From contig JAZRXB010000330.1 of NCBI GenBank assembly GCA_045600005.1, positions 1 to 54,098 on the forward strand: 54,098 nucleotides of DNA. Reading direction: 5' to 3'. Both the position numbers and the translations under genes were made by a program. Positions within the stretch are counted from its first letter, which is position 1, and each line of letters starts with the position of its first letter. The notes beneath the pieces are model-generated. The model was not told where the DNA came from. It did not search any database and saw only the letters and a program-made list of their open reading frames with translations. Source of the stretch: Eubacteriales bacterium (GTDB lineage Bacteria; Bacillota; Clostridia; Oscillospirales; CAG-272). Of this stretch, positions 19,155 through 28,607 are shown piece after piece.

Positions 19155-20624
19155 TCAGTAAATCTTCATCGCGTTCAGTTCCTTCTGAGCCGCCGCCGCT
19201 TTCTGGTTGTAGATCACGTCGAGCGACGAGGTGGAGGTGACGGCGCGGCTGACCGCTTCGCAGGTCGCGGCGGCGAGATTCTGCGTCCCGGACGCGAACA
19301 GAAGCGAAAAATCGGTCGTCGCGCCCGCGAGGATCCTGTCCATCATGTGGATCGAGTCGCTGTCGCGCAGACAGCGGTTGATGCGCTCGTTGCGGTAGGT
19401 GTCGAGCACGTAGTCGAACGCGGCGGCGTTCATCGCCTCCAGGATCAGACCGGAGGTCTCGTAGTTCGGCGTGTTGGCGAGCGCGCAGAAGACCGGCGCT
19501 TCGGGAGCGAGCGGCGAATAATAGTCGGACTGGCTTTCGTCCGCCTTCGGCATGGGGAGGATCCCCCACTGACTGCGGTTGTTGATGAGCCAGGTCGTGA
19601 CATACATCCGGTCGGTCATGAACAGAAGATCGTCCGTGACGAACAGCGAACGGATCCCTTCCGACGTTTCGACGTATCCGCCGTCGAACAGCAGATGATA
19701 GAGCCGGTCGACGATCCCGGACGCGCGGAAATCGTCCATATAGGTGATGACCGGCACTTCGCCGAACTCATGCGAGACGTAGGACAGTCCCGACGAGGAG
19801 ACGAGCAGGTCGAGATAATCCGCGCGGTCCGCTTCGATGCCGTGTCCGTTGATGACGCCCGACGCATTCGACAGCTCGTAGAGCTTTTCCCATGTCCAGT
19901 TCCCGCTGTATACCAGCTCATAGGGATTTTCGAGACCGAGACTCCTTATCAGATCGGTGTTGACATAGACGCAGCTGAGGTATTCGGGATTGACGTTTGC
20001 CGAACCGAACACGCCGCAGAGCGTCGTGCCGTACAGGGCCTCGTTTGTCAGCGAAGGATAATAGTACCGGCTGTCGTAGTCGGTGAAGGGCAGACTGCGC
20101 ATATTGGCAAGCAGTCCGGCGGCGGCGAAGCTGCCGAGCGACGACTGCGGCACGGCGAGCAGATCGGAGAAGTACATATCCGACGCGATCGCTTCCTTTG
20201 CCCTCGTCAGCATTTCGGATACGTCGGAGACGCCGGGCAGGATGCGGACGTTATATTTTTCCTCGATCGAACGCTTGCAGTCGATCCGGCTGAGCACAAC
20301 GGGGTCGGCGCTTTCGGAAGGACAGATCGTTTCGGTGTCGGTGGTGGCGATGATGACGGCTGCGCCGTCGAGATCACGGCAGGGGAGCGCTTCGAGCCGC
20401 TTCTGTGATTCCTCGCGCGGGTCGGGAGCGGCGGTCGTTTCCGGCGGTTTCCGGGTCGCGGAGGTCTGCGTGACGGGGTCCGACGTTTCGGTTTCCTCCG
20501 TCTGTGTGACGGAAACCTCGCTGCCGGGACGGTTGATCACGATAAAACCGCAGGACGTGAGCGAAAGGGCGGAAGCGGCGGTCAGCGCAAGAAGCCGGAC
20601 GAGCCGGTTATAAGGCTTATTCAT
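19155..20624 (-). CDS. Extracellular solute-binding lipoprotein (orphan)
   Basis: Lipobox LSLTSC, Thr/Pro linker, NPYELVYSGNWTWE, WGILPMPK; start at MNKPY after AAGGA. Confidence 0.8.
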   Translation of the reverse strand: MNKPYNRLVRLLALTAASALSLTSCGFIVINRPGSEVSVTQTEETETSDPVTQTSATRKPPETTAAPDPREESQKRLEALPCRDLDGAAVIIATTDTETICPSESADPVVLSRIDCKRSIEEKYNVRILPGVSDVSEMLTRAKEAIASDMYFSDLLAVPQSSLGSFAAAGLLANMRSLPFTDYDSRYYYPSLTNEALYGTTLCGVFGSANVNPEYLSCVYVNTDLIRSLGLENPYELVYSGNWTWEKLYELSNASGVINGHGIEADRADYLDLLVSSSGLSYVSHEFGEVPVITYMDDFRASGIVDRLYHLLFDGGYVETSEGIRSLFVTDDLLFMTDRMYVTTWLINNRSQWGILPMPKADESQSDYYSPLAPEAPVFCALANTPNYETSGLILEAMNAAAFDYVLDTYRNERINRCLRDSDSIHMMDRILAGATTDFSLLFASGTQNLAAATCEAVSRAVTSTSSLDVIYNQKAAAAQKELNAMKIY

Positions 20625-20811
20625 GGCAGAATCCTTGTCAATCAATCGTTATTTCGATAAAAATTATACCCTTTGCGGGAACAAAAATCAAGCCGTTGCC
20701 GTCAAGATTTACAGTAAAGACACGTTTGCGTCACGAAAAGCCGTATCGGGACGGGAAAAACGCGGCTGCGAACGCCATATAATAGACCGGACGGACCGAA
20801 CGATCCGTCTT

Positions 20812-21474
20812 TCAGTTCAGCCATGCTTCGACCCGGTTGATCGGGTAGCCTTTTTCGGAAAACGCCTTTTCGTATTCGGTCATGATGTTGTCGGCGGCGT
20901 ATTCGGATGCGTGGAGATCGTAGGTCAGATTCTCGAGCCGGAAGCCGCAGGCGGCGAACTCTTCAAGCGAAAAATCGAACAGCCCGCGGTTGTCGGTCTT
21001 GAAGAAGACCGCTCCGCCGGGTTTCAGAATGCTTTTGTATTCTTCGAGGAACAGACGGTGGGTCAGGCGGCGCTTGGCGTGTCCCGCCTTCGGCCACGGG
21101 TCGGAGAAGTTCAGATAGAGCCGGTCGACCGAGCCTTCGGCAAAGACGTCCCGCAGTCCGGCGGCGTCTCCGATCAGGAAACGGATGTGAGACTGCGCGC
21201 CGGTCTCCTTTAAGCGCGCGGCGTATTTTTCCATGGCGAGCATGGCGACGTCGCTCACACGCTCCATGGCGATCAGATTCACGTCGGGATACCGTTCGGC
21301 GAGACCGCAGATAAAGGAGCCTTTTCCGCAGCCGATCTCAAGCCAGAGCGGGCGCGCGCCGCCGCAGGAGAAAAATTCCTCCGCATTTTCGGCGCTCACG
21401 ACGCCTTTTTTCAGCAGAAGCGAGGAACACGCTTCAATTCTTTCGGCTCCGTGCTTTTTTTTTCTCATTCTCAT
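20812..21474 (-). CDS. trmB: tRNA (guanine-N7)-methyltransferase
   Basis: MRMRKK, LEIGCGKG, LNFSDPWPK, RRLT, FKTDN, TEYE. Confidence 0.95.
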   Translation of the reverse strand: MRMRKKKHGAERIEACSSLLLKKGVVSAENAEEFFSCGGARPLWLEIGCGKGSFICGLAERYPDVNLIAMERVSDVAMLAMEKYAARLKETGAQSHIRFLIGDAAGLRDVFAEGSVDRLYLNFSDPWPKAGHAKRRLTHRLFLEEYKSILKPGGAVFFKTDNRGLFDFSLEEFAACGFRLENLTYDLHASEYAADNIMTEYEKAFSEKGYPINRVEAWLN

Positions 21475-21684
21475 CTTGCAATTTGCTCCTTTTTTTGATA
21501 GAATATATAATAGCGTCGAAATACGACGAAAAAAAGCGGGTAGGGGGAGACGACGGACGTACTTTCGGACGTCGGCGCGGCATATCCCTATCATTATATC
21601 ACATCCCTGCCCGGTTAGGGAAGGGGTTTGCGCGAATTTTTCGTAATTTTCGGCAAGGAAATACAGGAAGGTGATTAAATACCG

Positions 21685-22590
21685 ATGATAGATAAGAAAA
21701 GTTTTCTTGAACGGCTGGACGCCGCGCTCGTGCTGCGCTGCGTTCCGGACGACGATGCTGCCGTGTATATCGCACAGTTCGACCGCTTTTACGACCGTCT
21801 GATCAGCGACCCCGAAAAAATGGTGATACTTGAAGATGTGGACCTCATAGCCGACAACATCGTCGCCGCTCTGAGAAAGAAGCGTGCCGCAGAAACGGCG
21901 TATGCCGAAGGCGAGGAGGTCGTTTCCGAAGAAGAAGAAACGAAACCCGCTTCGGACAGCGGAGCCGCGCAGAGCGGCGGGATGGATGAACCGAACGGAA
22001 GCATATCTCCGAAGGCTGTATCCGACGCTTCCGTTCAGCATACGAGAACGGTGGCGGCGGTTCCCGAAAACGCCGTCGTTCCGAGCGGAGCCGCGTCGGA
22101 GGAGGATACGGACGACGACGGCGCGGAAGACGAGTACGAGGAAGGACAGCTCCCGGAATATATGGAAGACGAACCGGCTCCGAACAGTACGCTGTTCTGG
22201 GTCCTGTTTGGCGTTACTCTTCCGATCACGCTGCCGCTCGTGACCGCCGTGTTCCTGCTCTTTGTCGCCATGTGGGCGGTGCTGTTCGTTGTGATCGCGG
22301 CGTCGGTCGCGGCGCTGGTCGCGCTGGCGGCAGGCGGGACCGCGCTGGCGCTGGTCGGCATCGTTTACGGCATTACGCAGCTGTTCGACGTCATGCCGAT
22401 CGGACTGTTTGAGATCGGTCTGGGCGTTGTGATCGGCGGATGCGTGATCTTCTTCGGCATTCTTCTGTATAATTTTGCGATCCGTCTGATCCCGGTTCTT
22501 GTCCGGCTGGTTGCGCGGCTGTTTGTCTATACGTTCGGACAGCTGAAAAAACTGTTTAATTTTCTGAGAAGGGAGTGCGCCAAGCAGTGA
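21685..22590 (+). CDS. DUF1700-like membrane protein with long acidic linker
   Basis: N-terminal KKSFLERL helix, Asp/Glu-rich linker, long hydrophobic C-terminus; coupled to DUF4097-like gene. Confidence 0.6.
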   Translation: MIDKKSFLERLDAALVLRCVPDDDAAVYIAQFDRFYDRLISDPEKMVILEDVDLIADNIVAALRKKRAAETAYAEGEEVVSEEEETKPASDSGAAQSGGMDEPNGSISPKAVSDASVQHTRTVAAVPENAVVPSGAASEEDTDDDGAEDEYEEGQLPEYMEDEPAPNSTLFWVLFGVTLPITLPLVTAVFLLFVAMWAVLFVVIAASVAALVALAAGGTALALVGIVYGITQLFDVMPIGLFEIGLGVVIGGCVIFFGILLYNFAIRLIPVLVRLVARLFVYTFGQLKKLFNFLRRECAKQ

Positions 22591-23507
22591 AACCCACTTC
22601 GATTATATTTCTGATTATTTCGGTCCTGCTTGTCATCGGCGGGTTCACGACGATGGGCGTGGCGAAGAAGCTCGCGGCGGAGGAAGGCGTCGAGCTGGTC
22701 GCCGAGATCTCCGAGGGGAGCGAGGATTATATCTTCCAATATGAATATGCGGACGACAATGTAGGAAAGATCGCCGTCAGCGTGAAGAACGCGAAGGTGA
22801 ATGTATACGGCGGCGCGTCGAAGGCTTACATCGAGCTGATCAATTTCCCGGACGGAATGTACGATCTGAACGCGGGCAACCACGTGCTGAAGATCAGCGA
22901 TATCACGGGACTCGATTCGCTGGACAGCCTGACCGCGCTTGCGTCCAATTTCAAGGGACTTCGTTCGCTGGTCAATTTCTATAACATTCTCGGGCTGGAG
23001 CGGACGGTCAACATCTACCTCTGCGACGCGATCCCGGTGAAGGTGGTGGAATGCACGTCGGATAACGGCGATATGACGGTGAAGGACTGTTCCGCAACGA
23101 CCGATTACAATCTGAAAACCGGGAACGGCAGCCTGCGGCTTGACAACGTGAGCACCATGTCCGCTTTCCAGCTGGAGACCGGGACGGGCGATATCACGCT
23201 GAAAAACTGCTATGCGGGGCTGCTGTCCATAAAGATCGGCAGCGGCAGGGCTGAGCTTGGCGCGACCGACTTCCTGACGCTGAACGCGGAACTGGAAAAC
23301 GGAAATCTCCGCCTCGGCTACCGCTACGATTTCGATTACGTCAACCGCGACATTGATGCGTCGGGCGGCGTCACCATCGACGGCGAAGCGCTCCCGAACG
23401 AGGTCGAAGACCGGACCATCCCGACCAGCGCTCTCTGTGAGATCAGCGTGAAGCGCGGCTCCGTGACGATCGTCTCCAACGAACAGGATACGGACGCAGA
23501 GAGCTGA
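22587..23507 (+). CDS. DUF4097-like beta-repeat membrane-anchored protein
   Basis: N-terminal TM; repeated xxGxIxL beta motifs (DNGDMTV, GNGSLRL, GTGDITL); GTG overlaps upstream TGA. Confidence 0.65.
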   Translation: MKPTSIIFLIISVLLVIGGFTTMGVAKKLAAEEGVELVAEISEGSEDYIFQYEYADDNVGKIAVSVKNAKVNVYGGASKAYIELINFPDGMYDLNAGNHVLKISDITGLDSLDSLTALASNFKGLRSLVNFYNILGLERTVNIYLCDAIPVKVVECTSDNGDMTVKDCSATTDYNLKTGNGSLRLDNVSTMSAFQLETGTGDITLKNCYAGLLSIKIGSGRAELGATDFLTLNAELENGNLRLGYRYDFDYVNRDIDASGGVTIDGEALPNEVEDRTIPTSALCEISVKRGSVTIVSNEQDTDAES

Positions 23508-23543
23508 CGCTCTGACAACTTCTTTGAAAGGAACCATAAAACG

Positions 23544-26300
23544 ATGAGACAGGAATTTCTGCTTGACAAGGAATGGCGCTTCCACCTCGGCGACGTCGAT
23601 CTTTCCGCTTCCAAAACCCATACCGATTCCTATTCGTCCTCCAAAGCCGGACAGGAAAAGGGCGTGCCGAACATGAACTATGACGACGGCGGCTGGCGCG
23701 TCGTCGATCTGCCGCACGATTATCTGACCGAAACCGATTTCAGCGCCGACAACCTGATCTCCCACGGCTACAAGACCCGCTGCAACGCATGGTACCGCAA
23801 GGGCTTCAAGCTGCCTGCCGAGCTTGCGGGGAAGCATCTGATGCTTTCCTTTGAGGGGACCGCCGTCACCGCGCGCGTCTACCTCAACGGCTCGCTGATG
23901 GGACGCTCGTTCAGCGCCTATGCGCCGCTCGACATCGACGTCACCGACCGCGCGTTCTTCGGAGACCGCGTCAATACGCTCGCCGTCTATATCGACGGTC
24001 TGACCACCGAGGGCTGGTGGTATGAGGGCGCGGGCATTTACCGCCACGTGAAGCTCTATGCCAAGGAGCCGCTTCACATCGCGCACGACGGGCTGTTCAT
24101 CAAGCCGGTCTTTGTCGGGAACACCGCCAACGACTGGAAGGTCGTCTGCGAGACGACGGTCGAGAATTCCGCCTACGCTCCCGCCGAATTCACCGTGCGT
24201 ACCGGCATCTGGGACGGCGAAACGCTCGTCGCGTCGGGCGAGACCGGGCTTTCGGTCTGCGAGAGCGACGCAAAGAGCATCGTCACGCACACCCTTTCGA
24301 TCTCCAACCCGAAGAGATGGGATATCATCGACCCGAAGCTCTACACCGCAAAGGTCGAGCTGATCCGGAACGGCGAAGTGATCGACGCCGATTCGACGCG
24401 GATCGGTTTCCGCACCTTCACCGTCGACAAGGACAAGGGCTTCTTCCTTAATGAGCGTCCGGTCAAGCTGCTCGGGACCTGCAATCATCAGGATCACGCG
24501 GGCGTCGGCGTTGCCGTTCCCGATTCGATCCAGTATTACCGCATCCGCCGTCTGAAAGAGATGGGGACGAACGCTTACCGCTGCTCGCACAATATGCCGA
24601 CCAAGGCGGTGCTGGACGCCTGCGACGAGCTGGGTATGCTGGTCATGGACGAAAACCGCCGCTTCGAGTCCCGTCCGGAGGTGCTTTCGCACGTCGAGGC
24701 GATGGTGAGACGCGACCGCAACCATCCGTCGGTCGTCATGTATTCGCTCTTCAACGAGGAGCCGATGCAGGGCACGAAGGAGGGCGGCAACATTTACCGC
24801 CGCATGAAGAGCCATGTCCTGAAGCTCGACGACAGCCGTCTGCTGACCGGCGCGATGAACGGCGGCTACAACGACGCAGAGGGCGCGGCGTCCGAGATGA
24901 GCGTCACCGGCATCAACTACGCCGTTCCGAACGGCGTGCTGCAATACCGCAAAATGTATCCCGATCAGCCGATCGTCGGCTCGGAGAACAACAGCGCGAT
25001 CTCGACGCGCGGCTGCTATAAGACCGATAAGGACGCGCACGTGCTGTCCTGCTACGACGAGGAGGTCGTGCCGTGGGGTCAGCTGATCAGGACCACATGG
25101 AAGTTCACCCGCGAGAACGACTGGTTCGGCGGCATCTTCATCTGGACCGGATTCGATTACCGCGGCGAGCCGACGCCCTACGACTGGCCGTCCATCGGCT
25201 CGCAGTTCGGCATCATGGACACCTGCGGCTTCGCCAAGGACTCCTTCTGGCAGAACAAAGCCTGCTTCACGACGCTGCCGATGCTGCACCTGCTCCCGCA
25301 CTGGAACTGGACCGAGGGCGAGACCGTCCGCGTCATGACCGTCACCAACTGCGAGGAAGTCGAGCTGTTCTTAAACGGCGAATCGCTCGGACGCAGAAAA
25401 TCCGACGTCTGCGACCAGTGCATCTGGAACGTGACCTTCAAGCCCGGCACGCTGTCCGCGAAAGCGTACAACCGCGGCGTCCTCGTCGCGGAGGACAAAG
25501 TCGTTACGGCGGGCGCGCCGAAGCGCATCATCGCCGAGCCCGACCGCGGCTGGCTGTATGCCGACGGTCAGGATACCGTTCCGGTCAACTTCCGTGTCGT
25601 CGATGAGAACGGCAATCCCGTTGAAACGGCGGATGATCTGCTGCACTTCGAGCTGATCGGAGACGGTACGCTGCTCGGCGTGGGCAACGGCGATCCGAAC
25701 TGTACGGAGAGCGACCACGAGCCGCGCCGCAGCCTGTTCGCCGGTCACGCGCAGGCGCTGATCCAGGCAAAGGCGGACGGAAAGTCGCTGAAGCTCGTCG
25801 TCACCGGCGAAGGACTGGAGAGCGATGAGGTCGTCTTCGAGCTGCGCGCCGGAAAGCTCCCTGCCTATTTATATGCGTCGGTCAACCGCGCACTGAACGG
25901 CGTTACCGTCACGAGCGAGACCTTCGCCGAAGAGCCGGACACGCTGATGGAGATCGCCGACAACGATATGAACTCGCTCGAACCGGTTTCCTTCGACCAG
26001 TGGACCGCGCGCCCCGGCTTTAAGAACGGCTGGCGGTTCTACCGCGCGTTCTTCACGCCCGCGAAGCTCGCCAACCCTGATTCAAGGAACGAATGCCGCC
26101 TTGTCGTAAAGCGTCTGATCGGCGAATACGCCAAGCTGTACATCGGCTCCGAGCTGGTATTTGAAGGCGAGATCGGCGACCGTCCGCTTGAGGTCTCCTT
26201 CACGGGAAAACCGGGCGTAAAGACCGAGCTGCGGCTCTCGCTGCGCGCCGGAAGCCGTCCGGCGGGCATCATCGGCGGCATGGAGCTGACCGTAGGCTGA
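23544..26300 (+). CDS. Glycoside hydrolase family 2 (beta-galactosidase-like)
   Basis: VDLPHD, WWYEGAGIYRHV, GTCNHQDH, RDRNHPSV, FNEE, WTGFDYRGEP, GVGNGDP. Confidence 0.93.
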   Translation: MRQEFLLDKEWRFHLGDVDLSASKTHTDSYSSSKAGQEKGVPNMNYDDGGWRVVDLPHDYLTETDFSADNLISHGYKTRCNAWYRKGFKLPAELAGKHLMLSFEGTAVTARVYLNGSLMGRSFSAYAPLDIDVTDRAFFGDRVNTLAVYIDGLTTEGWWYEGAGIYRHVKLYAKEPLHIAHDGLFIKPVFVGNTANDWKVVCETTVENSAYAPAEFTVRTGIWDGETLVASGETGLSVCESDAKSIVTHTLSISNPKRWDIIDPKLYTAKVELIRNGEVIDADSTRIGFRTFTVDKDKGFFLNERPVKLLGTCNHQDHAGVGVAVPDSIQYYRIRRLKEMGTNAYRCSHNMPTKAVLDACDELGMLVMDENRRFESRPEVLSHVEAMVRRDRNHPSVVMYSLFNEEPMQGTKEGGNIYRRMKSHVLKLDDSRLLTGAMNGGYNDAEGAASEMSVTGINYAVPNGVLQYRKMYPDQPIVGSENNSAISTRGCYKTDKDAHVLSCYDEEVVPWGQLIRTTWKFTRENDWFGGIFIWTGFDYRGEPTPYDWPSIGSQFGIMDTCGFAKDSFWQNKACFTTLPMLHLLPHWNWTEGETVRVMTVTNCEEVELFLNGESLGRRKSDVCDQCIWNVTFKPGTLSAKAYNRGVLVAEDKVVTAGAPKRIIAEPDRGWLYADGQDTVPVNFRVVDENGNPVETADDLLHFELIGDGTLLGVGNGDPNCTESDHEPRRSLFAGHAQALIQAKADGKSLKLVVTGEGLESDEVVFELRAGKLPAYLYASVNRALNGVTVTSETFAEEPDTLMEIADNDMNSLEPVSFDQWTARPGFKNGWRFYRAFFTPAKLANPDSRNECRLVVKRLIGEYAKLYIGSELVFEGEIGDRPLEVSFTGKPGVKTELRLSLRAGSRPAGIIGGMELTVG

Positions 26301-26619
26301 AAAGTTCGTCATTTTCCCGAAAAAACGTCCTCCGGACGGATTTTTCTCCGGGCAGAGGGCAGGAAAGCAGAACTGCATTTTTAATAAATTAAAAAATACG
26401 GCTTTAAACACGGTTTTCACCCATTGACTTTTGTCGAAATGCTTGTGCATTGATGACAAATAAGATGTCAAATCTTTGGGGAAAAAAGCTCTATCTTTTT
26501 TGAAAAAAATCTGATACAATATTAGACGTTAAAGTCTCGTTATGTACGGGCTCAGACTGCGCTCAGCCGCGCGGGGAGCCGTTCATGATAACGATAATAC
26601 CAAGGAGGATTACAACCAA

Positions 26620-27735
26620 ATGGCAAGCTTATCTCTTAAGCACATTTACAAGAAGTATCCCGGCGGCGTTACGGCCGTTTCGGACTTCTGCCTTGAAATC
26701 AAGGATAAGGAATTCATTATCTTCGTCGGTCCGTCCGGCTGCGGCAAGTCCACCACTCTGCGTATGATCGCAGGTCTGGAAGAGATCACCGAAGGCGAGC
26801 TCTTCATCGGCGACAAGCTCGTCAACGACGTAGCGCCGAAGGACAGAGACATTGCGATGGTGTTCCAGAACTACGCTCTGTATCCGCATATGTCCGTCTT
26901 TGACAACATGGCATTCGGTCTGAAGCTCCGCAAGACCCCGAAGGAAGAGATCAAGAGAAAGGTCGAAGAGGCCGCTCGTATCCTCGACATCACCCACCTG
27001 CTCGACAGAAAGCCGAAGGCTCTGTCCGGCGGTCAGAAGCAGCGTGTCGCGCTCGGCCGTGCAATCGTCCGTGACCCGAAGGTCTTCCTTCTTGATGAGC
27101 CGCTGTCCAACCTGGACGCAAAGCTCCGTGCTGCCATGAGAACCGAGCTTACCAAGATCCACAAGAGACTCGGTACCACCTTCATTTACGTTACGCATGA
27201 CCAGGTCGAGGCTATGACCATGGCAACCCGTATCGTCGTCATGAAGGACGGTCTGATCCAGCAGGTTGATTCTCCTCAGAACCTTTACGACTATCCGTGC
27301 AACATCTTCGTTGCAGGCTTCATCGGAACTCCTCAGATGAACTTCATCAATGCGAAGCTCACCAAGAAGGGCGAAGATATGTACATCAACTTCGCAGGCA
27401 ACTCCATCAAGCTCCCGAGCGAAAAGGCAAACAACCCTGCGCTCAAGGACTACGTAGACAAGGACGTCATCGCCGGTCTGCGTCCGGAGTGCATCCACGA
27501 CGAGCCGATGTATCTGTCCGCTATGGCTGACAGCGTTATCACCACCAACGTCGACGTCACCGAGCTTATGGGTAATGAAATCTTCCTGTACCTCGCTGCT
27601 GACGAAGAGCAGTCTCTTACCGCGCGCGTTTCCTCGCGTTCGACCGCAAGAGCCGGCGACACCATCAAGGTCGCTCTCGACGTTACGAGACTCCACATCT
27701 TCGACAAGGATACCGAAAAGTGCATCTGCCACTGA
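26620..27735 (+). CDS. Carbohydrate ABC transporter ATPase (MsmK/MsmX/UgpC type)
   Basis: GPSGCGKST, LSGGQKQR, LDEPLSNLD, YVTHDQ, TOBE C-terminus; AAGGAGG RBS. Confidence 0.95.
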   Translation: MASLSLKHIYKKYPGGVTAVSDFCLEIKDKEFIIFVGPSGCGKSTTLRMIAGLEEITEGELFIGDKLVNDVAPKDRDIAMVFQNYALYPHMSVFDNMAFGLKLRKTPKEEIKRKVEEAARILDITHLLDRKPKALSGGQKQRVALGRAIVRDPKVFLLDEPLSNLDAKLRAAMRTELTKIHKRLGTTFIYVTHDQVEAMTMATRIVVMKDGLIQQVDSPQNLYDYPCNIFVAGFIGTPQMNFINAKLTKKGEDMYINFAGNSIKLPSEKANNPALKDYVDKDVIAGLRPECIHDEPMYLSAMADSVITTNVDVTELMGNEIFLYLAADEEQSLTARVSSRSTARAGDTIKVALDVTRLHIFDKDTEKCICH

Positions 27736-27738
27736 TTT

Positions 27739-27873
27739 CCTGAAACGGAAAACCGTGTGTTTCAGGCTTAACAGAGATAGGGGACTGAACGAACCTGTTT
27801 CTGTGAGCTGACGGTTTCGGGTGTATCAAGAAGAAAAGCCGTTGCTTTCTGACCGGAAAGTGACGGCTTTTCC
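27739..27873 (+). other. Cluster of hairpins with G-U pairs (terminator and/or leader RNA)
   Basis: CCTGAAAC/GTTTCAGG; ACAGAGATAGG/CCTGTTTCTGT; AAAAGCCGTTGCTTTC/GAAAGTGACGGCTTTT. Confidence 0.55.
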
Positions 27874-27905
27874 ATCCATTTGAATGAACATAAAGGATCA
27901 CAGAC

Positions 27906-28151
27906 ATGAAAAAACTTATTTCCTGTGAATTCAATATCGACACCGCCTGTGTCGAATTGAAGTATGATAATGGATCCATGATTTCCATCGACTGCACTGC
28001 GGTTGAAAACGAACTGGATGCATCAATGCTCCGGCGAAGTGAACTTGACTGGCTGATATATAATAAGCCGTTGGAATACGCCGATCTTGTCCTGAATGGC
28101 GGTATTGAAGATTACATGAAAGGGACGGCAGAGCATCGGTTAACAGATTAA
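27906..28151 (+). CDS. Small acidic protein, DUF6061-like
   Basis: CEFNIDTACVEL...ISIDC...ELDWLIYNKPLEYADLVLNG; AAAGGA RBS; family assignment from memory. Confidence 0.7.
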   Translation: MKKLISCEFNIDTACVELKYDNGSMISIDCTAVENELDASMLRRSELDWLIYNKPLEYADLVLNGGIEDYMKGTAEHRLTD

Positions 28152-28166
28152 ATATATATGAGCGCG

Positions 28167-28200
28167 GGGAGCAGTTTTCGATGACTGCTCCCTGATTTTT
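28167..28200 (+). terminator. Intrinsic terminator
   Basis: GGGAGCAGT / ACTGCTCCC followed by T run. Confidence 0.75.
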
Positions 28201-28293
28201 ATTTAGGACGGCTTTGACCGCTTAAAGCGGGGGTGAGGAAAACGACCCGCCCCGCATGGGGTATTCCTATTTGTAAACAATCGTCCTGCCATC

Positions 28294-28322
28294 TTGCAAA
28301 TGACCGTATATTCGGATATAAT
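28294..28322 (+). promoter_or_regulatory. sigmaA-type promoter
   Basis: TTGCAA-17bp-TATAAT. Confidence 0.7.
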
Positions 28323-28329
28323 GTAACTT

Positions 28330-28465
28330 AAAGCAATGCGTTTGCGTCAGGCGCGCCCACGAAGGGGATATGTCAGCCGGAGAAGCGTCCCGCAAACGGG
28401 ACGTATCGGAAAGCCGTGCGCATAAGCTCCGGCAGGCGGGACGCATCCCCGGTGAAACGCTTTGG
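28330..28465 (+). ncRNA. Candidate structured RNA (unidentified)
   Basis: Begins just after a promoter; nested stems 28338-43/28455-60, 28364-74/28440-50, 28376-82/28427-33, 28385-92/28397-404; no ORF in the supplied track. Confidence 0.4.
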
Positions 28466-28515
28466 CAGATCGCGGGTCATGACTGCGGAAAATCGAAAGA
28501 TCAGAATTTTTATAT

Positions 28516-28564
28516 CGGATTAATTGGTTTCAGTGATGCGTAGATGAAAAAATACAGGTATACT
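28516..28564 (+). promoter_or_regulatory. Activator box plus -10 (copy A)
   Basis: CGGATTAATTGGTTTCAGTGATGCG-18bp-TATACT; matches 32450-32498. Confidence 0.75.
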
Positions 28565-28607
28565 GTAAAACAGAGTTCGGATTTTTGATCGGGAGGAGGT
28601 CTGCGAT

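Noticed and set aside
20812-22041. 409-aa extended trmB ORF, and extended starts for nagB, cysK, activase and eutN
   Set aside because: Extensions overlap neighbouring genes, promoters or intergenic spacers; downstream starts match family N-termini, most with a visible RBS.
26620-27735. Orphan sugar ABC ATPase as a novelty
   Set aside because: Stand-alone MsmK/MsmX ATPases serving many transporters are well known in Firmicutes.
28330-28465. Assignment to tmRNA, SRP RNA, RNase P, or c-di-GMP, TPP or cobalamin riboswitch
   Set aside because: Diagnostic conserved motifs of these families were not found by eye.
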